Below, piece by piece: positions 15,529-25,100 of a DNA stretch of 34,056 bases. Position 1 is the stretch's first letter. Each line of letters starts with the position of its first letter. Made by a program: the position numbers and the translations under genes. The notes under the pieces were generated by a model. It did not search any database, was not told the origin of the DNA, and saw only the letters and a list, made by a program, of their open reading frames with translations. The DNA is from a virus, in the IMG/VR virus record IMGVR_UViG_3300029775_000395, positions 1-34,056 of that record; one strand, written 5' to 3'.

Positions 15529-16772
15529 GCGGCATCAAGAAGACCCCCAAGCAGCGCCGCGCGATCGCCCTCATGACGGACCCGGAGATCCGCACCATTC
15601 TGCTCTCTGGGGGGTCCCGGTCCGGCAAGACGTTCATCGCCTGCTATGCCATCGCGGTCCGGGCACTCAAGGCCGCAGGCTCCCGGCACCTGATAACCCG
15701 ATTCCACTTCCGCGACGTCAAGAACGCGGTCGGACGAGACACGATGCCGAAGGTACTCAAACTCATCGGCACCCCGTACACCCTCGACCGAACGGACTGG
15801 TTTTTCACGCTCCCCAACGGCAGCGAGATCTGGCTCGGCGGGCTCGACGACGACGAGCGGGTCGAGAAGATCCTCGGCATGGAGTATGCGACGATCTACT
15901 ACAACGAGTCGTCCCAAATCTCTTACCACGCTTACACCACGGCGCAGACCCGTCTCGCGCAGAAGACGGATCTCGTGAACAGGGCATACGTGGACTGCAA
16001 CCCGCCGACCAAATCCCATTGGCTCTACAAACTCTTTCTGGAACACATCGACCCGGAGACCCGCGTCCCCGTCCCGAACCCGGACCGCTATGCTGTCCTC
16101 AACATGAATCCGATCGACAACCGGGAGAACCTGCCGGACGGCTACATCGAGGACACCCTCGCCGCTCTGCCGGAACGCAAGCGGCGCCGGTTCCTCGAAG
16201 GCGAGTGGCTCGACGACCCTGAAGGCGCACTATGGAAGCGGAGCATGATCGACGAGCACCGGCACGTCGGCGCTCCACCCCCCCTCGCCCGGATCGTCGT
16301 CGGCGTGGACCCCGCTGTCACCGGGAGCGAGACGAGCGACGAGACCGGGATCGTCGTCGTCGGGAAAGATGCAGCCGGCCACCTCTACGTGCTCGGTGAC
16401 TACTCTGTCCGGGGCACCCCCCTCGACTGGGCGAAGCGTGTTACCTGGGCCGTCGACAAGCACGGTGCGGATCGCGTGGTTGGGGAGACCAACAACGGGG
16501 GGGACCTCGTCGAGGTCAACCTCCGCACCGTCTCGAAAAACCTCCCGTTCAAGAAAGTCTCCGCGAGCCGGGGTAAGTACATCCGGGCCGAGCCGGTCGC
16601 CGCGCTCTACGAGAAGGGGGAGGTCCACCACGTCGGCGCGTTCCCCGAACTCGAAGATCAAATGTGTGAGTGGCTCCCCGGCGACGAGTCCCCTGACCGC
16701 ATGGACGCCCTCGTCTGGGCAATCACCGAACTCTCCGAACCCGTCGAGGAGTTCGCCTGTTATGCATTGTAG
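15525..16772 (+). CDS. terL: Terminase large subunit
   Basis: SGGSRSGKT (Walker A), IYYNE (Walker B), DCNPP, nuclease VGVDPA...DETG...DRMDA. Confidence 0.95.
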   Translation: MSGIKKTPKQRRAIALMTDPEIRTILLSGGSRSGKTFIACYAIAVRALKAAGSRHLITRFHFRDVKNAVGRDTMPKVLKLIGTPYTLDRTDWFFTLPNGSEIWLGGLDDDERVEKILGMEYATIYYNESSQISYHAYTTAQTRLAQKTDLVNRAYVDCNPPTKSHWLYKLFLEHIDPETRVPVPNPDRYAVLNMNPIDNRENLPDGYIEDTLAALPERKRRRFLEGEWLDDPEGALWKRSMIDEHRHVGAPPPLARIVVGVDPAVTGSETSDETGIVVVGKDAAGHLYVLGDYSVRGTPLDWAKRVTWAVDKHGADRVVGETNNGGDLVEVNLRTVSKNLPFKKVSASRGKYIRAEPVAALYEKGEVHHVGAFPELEDQMCEWLPGDESPDRMDALVWAITELSEPVEEFACYAL

Positions 16773-16779
16773 GAGGATC

Positions 16780-17130
16780 ATGACATACAGACAGAAACTC
16801 ATTGAAACACTCGCCCGGCTCCTCCGCGTCGAGCCCCCGGTCCGGCTCGTGCCGGAGATCCACGAGGTCCGGGTGCCGCGGCCGGCAGACCCGGTCGAGT
16901 ACGTCGAGACCCTGCACGACGCCCCGGACCGCGTCTACGTCTGGATCTGCAGAGAGGGCACGACCGACGACCAGATCGCAAGCATCGCCGAGAGGCTCAG
17001 TGAGAGAGATGGCAAGGCTCTGCATGTCGTCTGCCGGGACATCGCCGAGATCCGCAAACTCTCCCCGGAGGACGTCCGGCGACACCTCGCCCCGGTTGTG
17101 CAGCGAGCACAGGAGGCCGGATGGCAGTAA
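16780..17130 (+). CDS. Hypothetical protein between TerL and portal
   Basis: ATG 16780 after AGGAGG; 116 aa. Confidence 0.7.
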   Translation: MTYRQKLIETLARLLRVEPPVRLVPEIHEVRVPRPADPVEYVETLHDAPDRVYVWICREGTTDDQIASIAERLSERDGKALHVVCRDIAEIRKLSPEDVRRHLAPVVQRAQEAGWQ

Positions 17131-20100
17131 TCGCGCCAGGTATCAAGCAAGCCGGTGCCCGGGCACTCAACGGCGCCGGAACCCCGCGGGCGCTCGACCT
17201 CTCGCAGTCGATCTGGTATACTCCAGGGAGAGGCGTCCCGCGCTACGAGGACCTCTACACGATTCGGCGATTCTCCCGCTCGCACACCGTCTCTATCCCC
17301 ATGCTCGCGATCAAGGGGCAGGTGACGACGACTGAGTGGGGCGTGGTCCCGACCGTCGACGCCCCGACGAGCAAGCATTTCGCCGCCTGCGACGCCGTGG
17401 TCGATTTCCTTGACGGAGGTTTCTCGCGGAACCCAGCGACATTCGACACGCTGTGCAAGGAGGTCCTCGCCGATATCCTCACCATTGACGCAGGGGTGCT
17501 GGAGCTCGTGCCGGACTCGTCCGGATTCCTCCGCGAGATCTACGCCCGCGACGGAGCTACGTTCACGAAAAACCCCGACGAACACGGCATTCTTCCGGAC
17601 CCTGGCACCGGGACCCCGGCATACTACCAGGTCGGGGCGCAGGCATCGATCGCACAGGGCGCATTCGCCGCCGGGCTCCCGGGCATGTCGTCGGCAGCCT
17701 CGCTCCTCGACGCCCCGCTCTATCGGGCGATCACGCCGATCCCATTCTCCCGCGACCAGATCGTGTGGATCGAGGAGAACCCCTCGACGGACCGGCAGTA
17801 CGGGTGGAGCCGGGTGCAGATGGCGCACCGGCTCATCGAGATCCTGCTCAACCAGGACATATCGAATCTCAAGTACTTTCCGCAGAACGAGGTCCCGGAG
17901 GGCATCCTGAACCTCCCCGGCTTGTCAAACGACAACCTGACCCGGTTTCGGGAGTACTGGAAAGAGGAGATCGTCGGCAAGCCCCACAAACTCGCCTTGA
18001 TGAACTCCGCGGACGCCAACTGGATTCCGTTCCGGGCATCACCGAAAGAACTGGAGTTCCTCGCCTCGCAGGAGTGGTATAATAATCTCGTCTGGATGTG
18101 CTTCGGCGTCAGTGCCAACGAGGTCGGCTACGTGCAGGACGTCAACCGCAGCTGCTACAGCGAGGATACCGAGGTCCTCACCGAAAACGGCTGGAAGTTG
18201 CACCCGGACGTGGCGCCAGGAGAGCGGATCGTGGTCCACGACCTGGAGACAGGCGAGTGCCGCCTGGAGGTGCCCGGCCCCCTGCACGCGTATTATGCCG
18301 ATGAGGAACTGGTGAGGTTCGCGAACAACGGCCAAGACATCCTGGTCACACAGGAGCACACGATCCTCTACCGCGGCGGGAAAACGCAAAACAACACGCC
18401 GAGAGGGCCCCGCCCCAAGATCGTCCCCCGCGCCTGGAAAGTCGCGCCAGCAAAGGATCTGGTTGGCGCATCCCGCGTGAACGTCAAGAGTGGGGCGGAT
18501 GCGTGGGTCGGGGAAGACATGGAGATCTCCGATGACTACCTACGGTTCCTAGGATGGGCGATCGGCGAAGGCGGGCTGAGCAGCGTTCACCGTGCCATGG
18601 GGAAGAAGCGGAAGGTGCGGTCTGACCGTCTCCTAGGCTACTCTGTGATGACCCTGGCCCAGAGCAACAAGAGCTCGGAGAATGTGGCAGAGATCCGCCG
18701 GGTACTGAAAGCAGTCGGGGCGGAGTATCGGGAGTATCAGGACGTCCGTGACAACACCACGCGCTGGAATGTTTACGGCGACCAGCTGATAGAACCCCTG
18801 TTCGATAGCATCGGGGCCTACTGCGGCGAGAAGCGGATCCCGCGCCCGTGCCTGAACCTGCCGCCCGACAGGCTACGCCCCTTGTTCGAGGCCCTCATGG
18901 CTGGCGACGGCAGCTGGGACGCCCGGGAGAACCGCGCCTGCGGTTACTACTCCACCACCAGTCCGGGGCTCGCCGATGACATCCAGGAGCTCGCGTTCAA
19001 ACTGGGATATGGGACGAAACGGACGGTCCACTATGATGGCGACGGGCGGCGGCAGACATGCTACCGCATTCTCATCCGGGAAGACCACGAGAGGACGGTC
19101 TACCGCCCGCGGTTGGAGCCCTATACAGGATTTGTCTACTGTTTCTCCACCAGCACCGGATTCTACGTCACGCGAAGGAACGGGTGTGTCGCCGTTCAGG
19201 GGAACACCGCGCAGGAGCAGGCAGAAGCGGTCTGGCGGCGCACCACGGTCCCGCTCCTCGAGCTCCTCGCTGGCGCGATCAACCGCTCGATCCTCCCGTT
19301 CCTTGAAGAATACTGGGACGTCGGCGGGGAGATAGAGTTCCGGTGGGACCCGCACAACCCGATCATCGAGAAGCAGAAGCGGCTTGAGCAGGAGAGCGAC
19401 CTCCGGCTCGGCCTGTCCACCCCGAACCGCATCCTCGTCGAGCGCGGGGAGGAGCCGGTCCCGTGGGGCGACATGCCGCTCGCGCTCGTGGACTCCCTCG
19501 CCCGGATGCACCCGGAGTGGTTCGCCGGGGAACTCCTCGGGATGCCAAACGCCCCGGAGCCACTCTACGGCGGCGGGCTCCTGCTCTCCTCTCCAGACCC
19601 CGTGACGAAAGCCCTCGCCGACATCAAAGCGGCACCTGAGGACGAGCCGGAAGAATGGAAGAGCCGCATCGAGGCGCTGCACCGCCGGGTTTCTGGCGTG
19701 TTCGACGACGCCCTACAGAGCCTCCGGCCGGCAATCGAGGCGGCGTTCCCGGCGGAGCGGAGCGAGGACGGCGCGAAACCGCTCGTAGACCTCGACGCGG
19801 TCCTCGACCAGGTCGCGATCGCTGAGGACCTCCTCGCGGTCACCGCCGACCCTCGGGCCGATGCCCTCCGGCACGGGATTGATCTCGAATCCCGCCGGCT
19901 GGAGGGGGAACTCGAGTCCAGGGTCGGTAAGGGGCTCTACCGAGTCCACATCACCAAAGACTTCGACGTCACCCAGACCTTCGCCTACCGCCTCCTGCAG
20001 CAGCGTGCGGCGCGGAACATGCGGGGCGTCGAGGACTCGATCCGGGATCTCGTCCGCACCTCGCTCACCGGAGTGGTCGAGCGGGGCGGCAATGTCAGCG

Positions 20101-20669
20101 ACGCATGGCTGGCACTCCAGCGCGACGTCGCCGGCATGACGAGCGACCACGCCCGCCTCGTCGCGAGGACCGAGATCATGGGGGCGCAGCGCTACGGCAA
20201 GCAGGTGCTCGCCGAGGAGACGGAGCACCTGCTCAAGGGCAAGACCTGGCGCTCCCGCGGTATCAAGGGGCGGTCGAGAGAATGGCACACGGCGATGAAC
20301 AACGTCACCGTCGGCGTCCGCGAGTCGTGGACCGTCCCGGCAACCGGAGCAAAGGGGCAGCCGCGAGACTATCCCAAAACCTGCTACGTCGTCGGGGAGG
20401 ATCAGCCCTACAACTGCATGTGCGACCAGCGCCTGGCGCTCGCGGACGATCTCCCCGACACCGCGCAGGAACTCCGCTCCGTCAAGGGGTTGGCCCTCGA
20501 ACCGCTGACCAAACAGGCCGCCGTCCTGCTGGGGTATGGGCGGCCGCATGAATCGCTAAAAGACCTCCTCGTGAGGATGGAGACTATGAGCAAGAACCAG
20601 GCGGCCGAGCATCTCGGCATCAGCAAGGCCACCCTCTACGAGTGGCGGAAGTCAGAGGGGATTGAATGA
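17121..20669 (+). CDS. Portal protein interrupted by an intein and fused to a MuF/SPP1-gp7 head morphogenesis domain and a C-terminal HTH
   Basis: Portal: DILTIDAGVLE, YFPQNEVPEGIL, KELEFLASQEW. MuF: ARLVARTEI...KTW...REWH...PYNCMC. HTH: SKNQAAEHLGISKATLYEW. Confidence 0.88.
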   Translation: MAVIAPGIKQAGARALNGAGTPRALDLSQSIWYTPGRGVPRYEDLYTIRRFSRSHTVSIPMLAIKGQVTTTEWGVVPTVDAPTSKHFAACDAVVDFLDGGFSRNPATFDTLCKEVLADILTIDAGVLELVPDSSGFLREIYARDGATFTKNPDEHGILPDPGTGTPAYYQVGAQASIAQGAFAAGLPGMSSAASLLDAPLYRAITPIPFSRDQIVWIEENPSTDRQYGWSRVQMAHRLIEILLNQDISNLKYFPQNEVPEGILNLPGLSNDNLTRFREYWKEEIVGKPHKLALMNSADANWIPFRASPKELEFLASQEWYNNLVWMCFGVSANEVGYVQDVNRSCYSEDTEVLTENGWKLHPDVAPGERIVVHDLETGECRLEVPGPLHAYYADEELVRFANNGQDILVTQEHTILYRGGKTQNNTPRGPRPKIVPRAWKVAPAKDLVGASRVNVKSGADAWVGEDMEISDDYLRFLGWAIGEGGLSSVHRAMGKKRKVRSDRLLGYSVMTLAQSNKSSENVAEIRRVLKAVGAEYREYQDVRDNTTRWNVYGDQLIEPLFDSIGAYCGEKRIPRPCLNLPPDRLRPLFEALMAGDGSWDARENRACGYYSTTSPGLADDIQELAFKLGYGTKRTVHYDGDGRRQTCYRILIREDHERTVYRPRLEPYTGFVYCFSTSTGFYVTRRNGCVAVQGNTAQEQAEAVWRRTTVPLLELLAGAINRSILPFLEEYWDVGGEIEFRWDPHNPIIEKQKRLEQESDLRLGLSTPNRILVERGEEPVPWGDMPLALVDSLARMHPEWFAGELLGMPNAPEPLYGGGLLLSSPDPVTKALADIKAAPEDEPEEWKSRIEALHRRVSGVFDDALQSLRPAIEAAFPAERSEDGAKPLVDLDAVLDQVAIAEDLLAVTADPRADALRHGIDLESRRLEGELESRVGKGLYRVHITKDFDVTQTFAYRLLQQRAARNMRGVEDSIRDLVRTSLTGVVERGGNVSDAWLALQRDVAGMTSDHARLVARTEIMGAQRYGKQVLAEETEHLLKGKTWRSRGIKGRSREWHTAMNNVTVGVRESWTVPATGAKGQPRDYPKTCYVVGEDQPYNCMCDQRLALADDLPDTAQELRSVKGLALEPLTKQAAVLLGYGRPHESLKDLLVRMETMSKNQAAEHLGISKATLYEWRKSEGIE
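18153..19205 (+). other. Intein (351 aa) with LAGLIDADG homing endonuclease, within the portal gene
   Basis: Extein NRS|CYSEDTEVLTENGWK (block A); FLGWAIGEGGL and LFEALMAGDGSW (LAGLIDADG); VYCFSTSTGFYVTRRNGCVAVQGN|T (blocks F/G, Thr+1). Confidence 0.93.
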
Positions 20670-20748
20670 GTGCAGAGAAGTATGGCGCGGTCGGCGGCCA
20701 CCGACCGGACTGAACCCATCCCCTCAGACAGCAAATAGGTGATCAGAG

Positions 20749-21711
20749 ATGCCAGAACTGAAAACAAAATCCCTCGACGCGGCCCCCGGACAGGTGAAGG
20801 TCTGGAAGGCGCGCCTCGTCGAGAGCGGCCCTGAGGTGACGCTCATCCGCGTCCCGATCTCCTCCACTACCGAGGACCGGGACGGCGACGAGTTCTCCTC
20901 GGCCGGGCTGGAGAGCCTGCTCGCGGCCCTGAAAACCGGGAAAATTCCGTATTTCCTGGACCATGGGTTTACGGACACGGGGGTCAGGAACTACGGCGCG
21001 CTCGATATGATCGGAGCGTGGGTCAACGGCGAAGTCGAGGGCAATGTCCTGTATGGGACAGCGTTCATCGAGCCGGGAAATTGGCGTGGTGAGGAGCTGG
21101 CGCGAAAACTCGAGATGGGGATGCCGATCGGACACTCCGTTGGGTTTGGCGACATCAAGGGCCGCGACAAGCCGAATGGAGGGACGGTCTTCGACGAGGT
21201 CTCTCTCTGGGAGGTCTCCGCTGTCGGGATCCCCTCGAACCCCGACGCAGTGAACTCGGCTGCTGTGCAGGCGGTCGTGAAATCGCTCCGCGTGAAGGCG
21301 GGGCTGGAACCAGAAGACATGAAGCGCAAAACGAAGGAAACCGAAGAAGAGCGGTCCGAAGAGGAAGAGGAGGAGCAGAAGCAGACCCCTGAGACCTCCG
21401 AGGAAGAAGAGGAAAAACAGCCGGAGGAGGAGCCCCCTGAGGAAGACGAAGAGGACGATGAGGAGAAATCCTACGAGGTCCTCGACGAGGCGAAGCTCCG
21501 GACACTCATCGCCGAAGAGGTCGGCAAGGCGCTCGCCCCGATCACCGAGGCACTCAAGTCGCTCGCCGCCCTCGACGAGATCAAGACTGCCGTGACGAAG
21601 GCCGCCGCGACCCGAAGCAAGGGGCCGCGGGGGATCGTTGTCGCCCGCGAAGTCAAGGAACCGCAGAAGAACGAGACCCCGGCGGCGTCCCCCTACAAGC
21701 CGCTGTACTGA
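20749..21711 (+). CDS. HK97-family prohead protease with acidic scaffold-like C-terminus
   Basis: DRDGD, FLDH, GHSVGF, LWEVSAVGIPSNPDA, followed by a long Glu-rich tract. Confidence 0.9.
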   Translation: MPELKTKSLDAAPGQVKVWKARLVESGPEVTLIRVPISSTTEDRDGDEFSSAGLESLLAALKTGKIPYFLDHGFTDTGVRNYGALDMIGAWVNGEVEGNVLYGTAFIEPGNWRGEELARKLEMGMPIGHSVGFGDIKGRDKPNGGTVFDEVSLWEVSAVGIPSNPDAVNSAAVQAVVKSLRVKAGLEPEDMKRKTKETEEERSEEEEEEQKQTPETSEEEEEKQPEEEPPEEDEEDDEEKSYEVLDEAKLRTLIAEEVGKALAPITEALKSLAALDEIKTAVTKAAATRSKGPRGIVVAREVKEPQKNETPAASPYKPLY

Positions 21712-21723
21712 GAGCGATCAACT

Positions 21724-22878
21724 ATGATGACTGCAAAATCTATCTTTGGACTGAATGCCCGCGAGCAGATGTTCGACCACTTCTGGAAGAGCCAGGGGTT
21801 CCGCGCAGACAACGAGGGTCTGACCCCCTCTATTCAGAGTGCAATGCGCGACCCCGCGACCCGCGAGAAATTCAAGGGATTCCTGGGAAGAGCGTTCAAG
21901 GCGCAGATGGAGCCGGAGAGGGTGAAGGCAACCTCGACCACCGTTGCCAGCGCAATCCCGCTCGTATTCGACCCGGATGTGATCGACATCCTCCGCACCG
22001 ACGCCCCGCTCCTCGCCCGGCTCCCCATGCGCGGATACTCCGGTAACCCCGTTCGCGTGAACTGGATCTCTGCCCGTGCCGCCCCGGTGGGGATGGTCAA
22101 CGAAGCGACGGCGCTCACCCTGAACACGCAGGCGAGCAACGACTTCACGCTCTCCAACACGGACTACGACCACAAGATCTACGCCGACCGCGTGGACATC
22201 TCCGACTTCGCCGAGCGTGTCGCCGCAGATGGTCCCGTGAACGTCCGTGAGACCGCGCTCGGTGCCCGGATCAGCGAGTGGGCGCAGTTCAAGGAACAGC
22301 AGATCCTCTACGGCGACCACGCGCAGGCGCTCAACGATGGCTCGCCCGGTGACGCCAACGCCTTCGACGGTATGATCGTCGAGACTGCGGCCGGAAACAT
22401 TGTCGACAAGACAGCCGTCAACCTCGCGGACACGCAGGCACTCCTCAAGGATGTCAAGTCCGAGATCAAGAGCCTCCTCCAGACCCGCGGGATCTACAAG
22501 GGAGATCTCGAAATCTGGACCAGCCACACGCTCTTCGACGAGCTCGAAAACGAGCTCCAGACCCGGGCGATCCTCGATCAGAACACCTCCTCAGTGAACT
22601 TCGGTTACGAGGTGATCTATATCAGCGGCGTGCCGGTGATCGCGAGCCACAACGTCGACCAGCACACCTACGGCAACGGAGCCTACACGCCCGGTGATGA
22701 GGGAGACGTGTTCATCATGAACAAGCGCGCCAACGCCTTTGCGAGTCTCGCACCGCTCTTCACGGTCCCGCTCGGCCGCGCCGGTCTCGGGGACATGATG
22801 GCAATGGGCGAATACGGTACATATATCGACCGTGCTGGCGGCCAGATGAGCAAATATCTCCAGGCGTATGCAATCTAA
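21724..22878 (+). CDS. Major capsid protein (HK97 fold)
   Basis: Follows the protease; 384 aa; AIPLVFDPDVID...PLLARLP; QQILYGD...NAFDG; ISGVPVIAS. Confidence 0.88.
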   Translation: MMTAKSIFGLNAREQMFDHFWKSQGFRADNEGLTPSIQSAMRDPATREKFKGFLGRAFKAQMEPERVKATSTTVASAIPLVFDPDVIDILRTDAPLLARLPMRGYSGNPVRVNWISARAAPVGMVNEATALTLNTQASNDFTLSNTDYDHKIYADRVDISDFAERVAADGPVNVRETALGARISEWAQFKEQQILYGDHAQALNDGSPGDANAFDGMIVETAAGNIVDKTAVNLADTQALLKDVKSEIKSLLQTRGIYKGDLEIWTSHTLFDELENELQTRAILDQNTSSVNFGYEVIYISGVPVIASHNVDQHTYGNGAYTPGDEGDVFIMNKRANAFASLAPLFTVPLGRAGLGDMMAMGEYGTYIDRAGGQMSKYLQAYAI

Positions 22879-22890
22879 GGGGGGTAAAGG

Positions 22891-23556
22891 ATGACAGTCC
22901 TTGTACCTCCCGGAGCGCAGGCAAATATCAACTGCGCGGTGGAGGGGTTCTCCCTCTCCGCCACTATCGGCGGCACCCCGCAGGTCATGACGGCCACGGT
23001 CGCCACGCCCTCGGTCGCTGACGGCGATGTGGTTGTCACCGTCACCGCCGTAGGCCTGGCCACCGGCACGAAAGACGTCACCGTCACAGTCAAGGATAAG
23101 GACACGGTTGAAGCCGTCGCCGCTCTCCTCGCTGCCGCACTCGAAGATGACGATGACGTCGGCGCGTTCTTCGATGTCGGGGTCGCCGGTGCGGTCGTAA
23201 CCCTGACCCGCAAGACGCACACCGCCGTCGACAACACGATGGCGCTCGCAGTCAAGACCGACGCATCGTCCACCGGCGTCACCGTCACCAGCGCGATCAC
23301 GGTGCAGGGTGCGCTCGCATCCTCCACCACGATCACCTTGACGCCCGAGGTCACCTACGCGGCCGTCCCGGTGCTCGTCGGCCACCCGCAGCATGTCAAG
23401 GACGCCGGGTCCGCTGCCACGTCGATGTCGTGGGCGATCACCTCGCAGGCAAAGACCGGCGTCACGATCACCGTCACGCTCGACCAGGCCCCCGGCGCCG
23501 GCAAGACCGACACGATCGTGTTCAACGGCGGCCTGATCGGCGTCCCGGCGAGGTGA
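22891..23556 (+). CDS. Probable virion decoration or beta-rich structural protein
   Basis: Directly after the capsid gene; Thr/Val/Ala-rich beta-strand pattern. Confidence 0.6.
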   Translation: MTVLVPPGAQANINCAVEGFSLSATIGGTPQVMTATVATPSVADGDVVVTVTAVGLATGTKDVTVTVKDKDTVEAVAALLAAALEDDDDVGAFFDVGVAGAVVTLTRKTHTAVDNTMALAVKTDASSTGVTVTSAITVQGALASSTTITLTPEVTYAAVPVLVGHPQHVKDAGSAATSMSWAITSQAKTGVTITVTLDQAPGAGKTDTIVFNGGLIGVPAR

Positions 23557-23561
23557 TCTCG

Positions 23562-23798
23562 ATGCAGTGGAAACACCCAACGCTGAAGAAGGGTCGGATC
23601 GCATTCGACCTGCGGGCGCGGGCGGATATCGTCGAGGGGGTCTTTGAAGCCCCGGACGACCCCGCACTCGCTGACCGCCTACGCGCAGCCGGATGCGTCC
23701 CGGCCACTGTGGTCGCGGCAGAACCTCGCGAAGAGATCCCTGAGGAGATCCCTGACGAACCCCCGGCCGACAACCCTCGTGGCAAGAAAGGCCGGTGA
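23562..23798 (+). CDS. Small head-associated hypothetical protein
   Basis: ATG 23562 after AGGTGA; acidic/Pro tail ending RGKKGR. Confidence 0.7.
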   Translation: MQWKHPTLKKGRIAFDLRARADIVEGVFEAPDDPALADRLRAAGCVPATVVAAEPREEIPEEIPDEPPADNPRGKKGR

Positions 23799-23803
23799 TC
23801 GCG

Positions 23804-23896
23804 ATGGCACACGTAATGCGGATGAATAACGGCGTCCCGGTGCCGGTAGACTGGGAGGAGGACGACGATGACGAGGGGCATCCCACCGATACCTGA
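23804..23896 (+). CDS. Possible 30-aa acidic peptide
   Basis: GGTGA RBS, but overlaps the next ORF by 29 bp. Confidence 0.3.
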   Translation: MAHVMRMNNGVPVPVDWEEDDDDEGHPTDT

Positions 23897-24278
23897 AACG
23901 ATCCCGGTCCCGGACGCGAACGACATTTACTCGACGATCGCCGACCTCCGGACGATCGGGGATGCGATCTGCAAGGTGAAGAACAACACCGATAAGGCGC
24001 TCGACGCAACGCTCCAGCTCGCGCTCGGCGACGACCCGACGATGACCGACCCCTATGAGGGCGGAGAAGGGACGGCCACCGGCGAGTATACCATCTCGGG
24101 CGCAATCTCGACGACGGCCGGGATCGCGAAGGCGACGATCGCCGCGTCGGGAGGCTCGGCATACTTCCGCGTCCGCGGCCCGTGGGCATACGCCCGAATC
24201 AAGGGCGAACCCTCTGCCGCGCCGGGACCGGACGGCACCCTCACGGTCGTCTGGAGCTACAAACACCGGGGGGACTGA
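23868..24278 (+). CDS. Hypothetical virion protein
   Basis: GGAGGAGG RBS; 136 aa; in the head module. Confidence 0.7.
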   Translation: MTRGIPPIPETIPVPDANDIYSTIADLRTIGDAICKVKNNTDKALDATLQLALGDDPTMTDPYEGGEGTATGEYTISGAISTTAGIAKATIAASGGSAYFRVRGPWAYARIKGEPSAAPGPDGTLTVVWSYKHRGD

Positions 24279-24281
24279 TCC

Positions 24282-24875
24282 ATGTCGGCCTACGGTGACC
24301 CTGCCCGGACGCTCACCCGGTCCGGCATCACGTACGCCGACCTGGCGCTCGTGGACGACGACGCTCTCGCGTCTCTCGTCGAGGATCTCATCGGGCAGGC
24401 ATCCGACATCGTCGACCAGTACTGCGGTCGGGATTTCGCCAACCACGTTGATACGTCAGAGCGTTACGACGGCACCGGCCGCCCCCGGCTGCGGCTCAAG
24501 GGCTGGCCGATCTTGTCTGTGACGTCCGTCGAGGTCGGCGGGGCCGCGCTCACCGAGGGCACCGAGTTCGAGGTGGTCGCCGGATCGGGCATCCTGGAGC
24601 GCATCGACGGCGCGGTGTGGCCCGCAGGGCTGCGGAACGTCTCGGTCGTCTACTCCCACGGCTACGTCTCGCCGCCGGGCGCGATCGTCAGCATCGTCGA
24701 GGATCTCGTCATCGGGGCGCTGACCCACGCCGCCCGCAACCGGGCCGTCAAAGGGGCGTCGAGCATGAGCATGGATGGCTACAGCGTCGCGTACTCGGAA
24801 CTCTCCCGGCTGATGGGGCTCGTCCCGGAGCAGATGCAGATCCTCGACCGCCACCGGGTGGCAGGAGCGGCTTGA
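24282..24875 (+). CDS. Head-tail connector/adaptor (HK97 gp6/SPP1 gp15-like)
   Basis: LIGQASDIVDQYCGRDF...VVYSHGY...P...SMSMDGYSVAY. Confidence 0.8.
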   Translation: MSAYGDPARTLTRSGITYADLALVDDDALASLVEDLIGQASDIVDQYCGRDFANHVDTSERYDGTGRPRLRLKGWPILSVTSVEVGGAALTEGTEFEVVAGSGILERIDGAVWPAGLRNVSVVYSHGYVSPPGAIVSIVEDLVIGALTHAARNRAVKGASSMSMDGYSVAYSELSRLMGLVPEQMQILDRHRVAGAA

Positions 24876-25099
24876 TGAACTCCCCCGTCACGCATGCAGA
24901 GTGCGAGAAACACCGTGAGAAGATGGAGGGGATGGTCAAGGATCTCGTCCGGGAATCCGAGGCGCGGACACGGCGGGAGATCGCAGGACTCCGGGAGGAT
25001 ATCCAGGGGATGCGGGCGAAGATCGACCAGCTCCCCTGGCAGCTCGTCGGGATGTGCGTCGTCATCATCGGCGCGATCGTCTATCTGGCGGTGGCGTGA
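24875..25099 (+). CDS. Small coiled-coil plus C-terminal TM protein (holin/XhlA-like candidate)
   Basis: 74 aa; heptad region then LPWQLVGMCVVIIGAIVYLAVA. Confidence 0.6.
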   Translation: MNSPVTHAECEKHREKMEGMVKDLVRESEARTRREIAGLREDIQGMRAKIDQLPWQLVGMCVVIIGAIVYLAVA

Positions 25100-25100
25100 G

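Noticed and set aside
20688-20707. 7-bp GC hairpin and a 15-codon ORF between portal and protease
   Set aside because: A short stem is expected by chance at this GC content, and there is no U-tract.
21330-21470. GAG/GAA-rich low-complexity tract
   Set aside because: Explained by the acidic scaffold-like region of the prohead protease.
22591-24189. 532-aa minus-strand ORF and many other long antisense or alternate-frame ORFs (for example 6683-7492, 15294-16046, 16935-17828, 26613-27548)
   Set aside because: These are shadow ORFs of GC-rich plus-strand genes: Arg/Pro/Gly-rich, without motifs, and fully overlapping well-supported genes.
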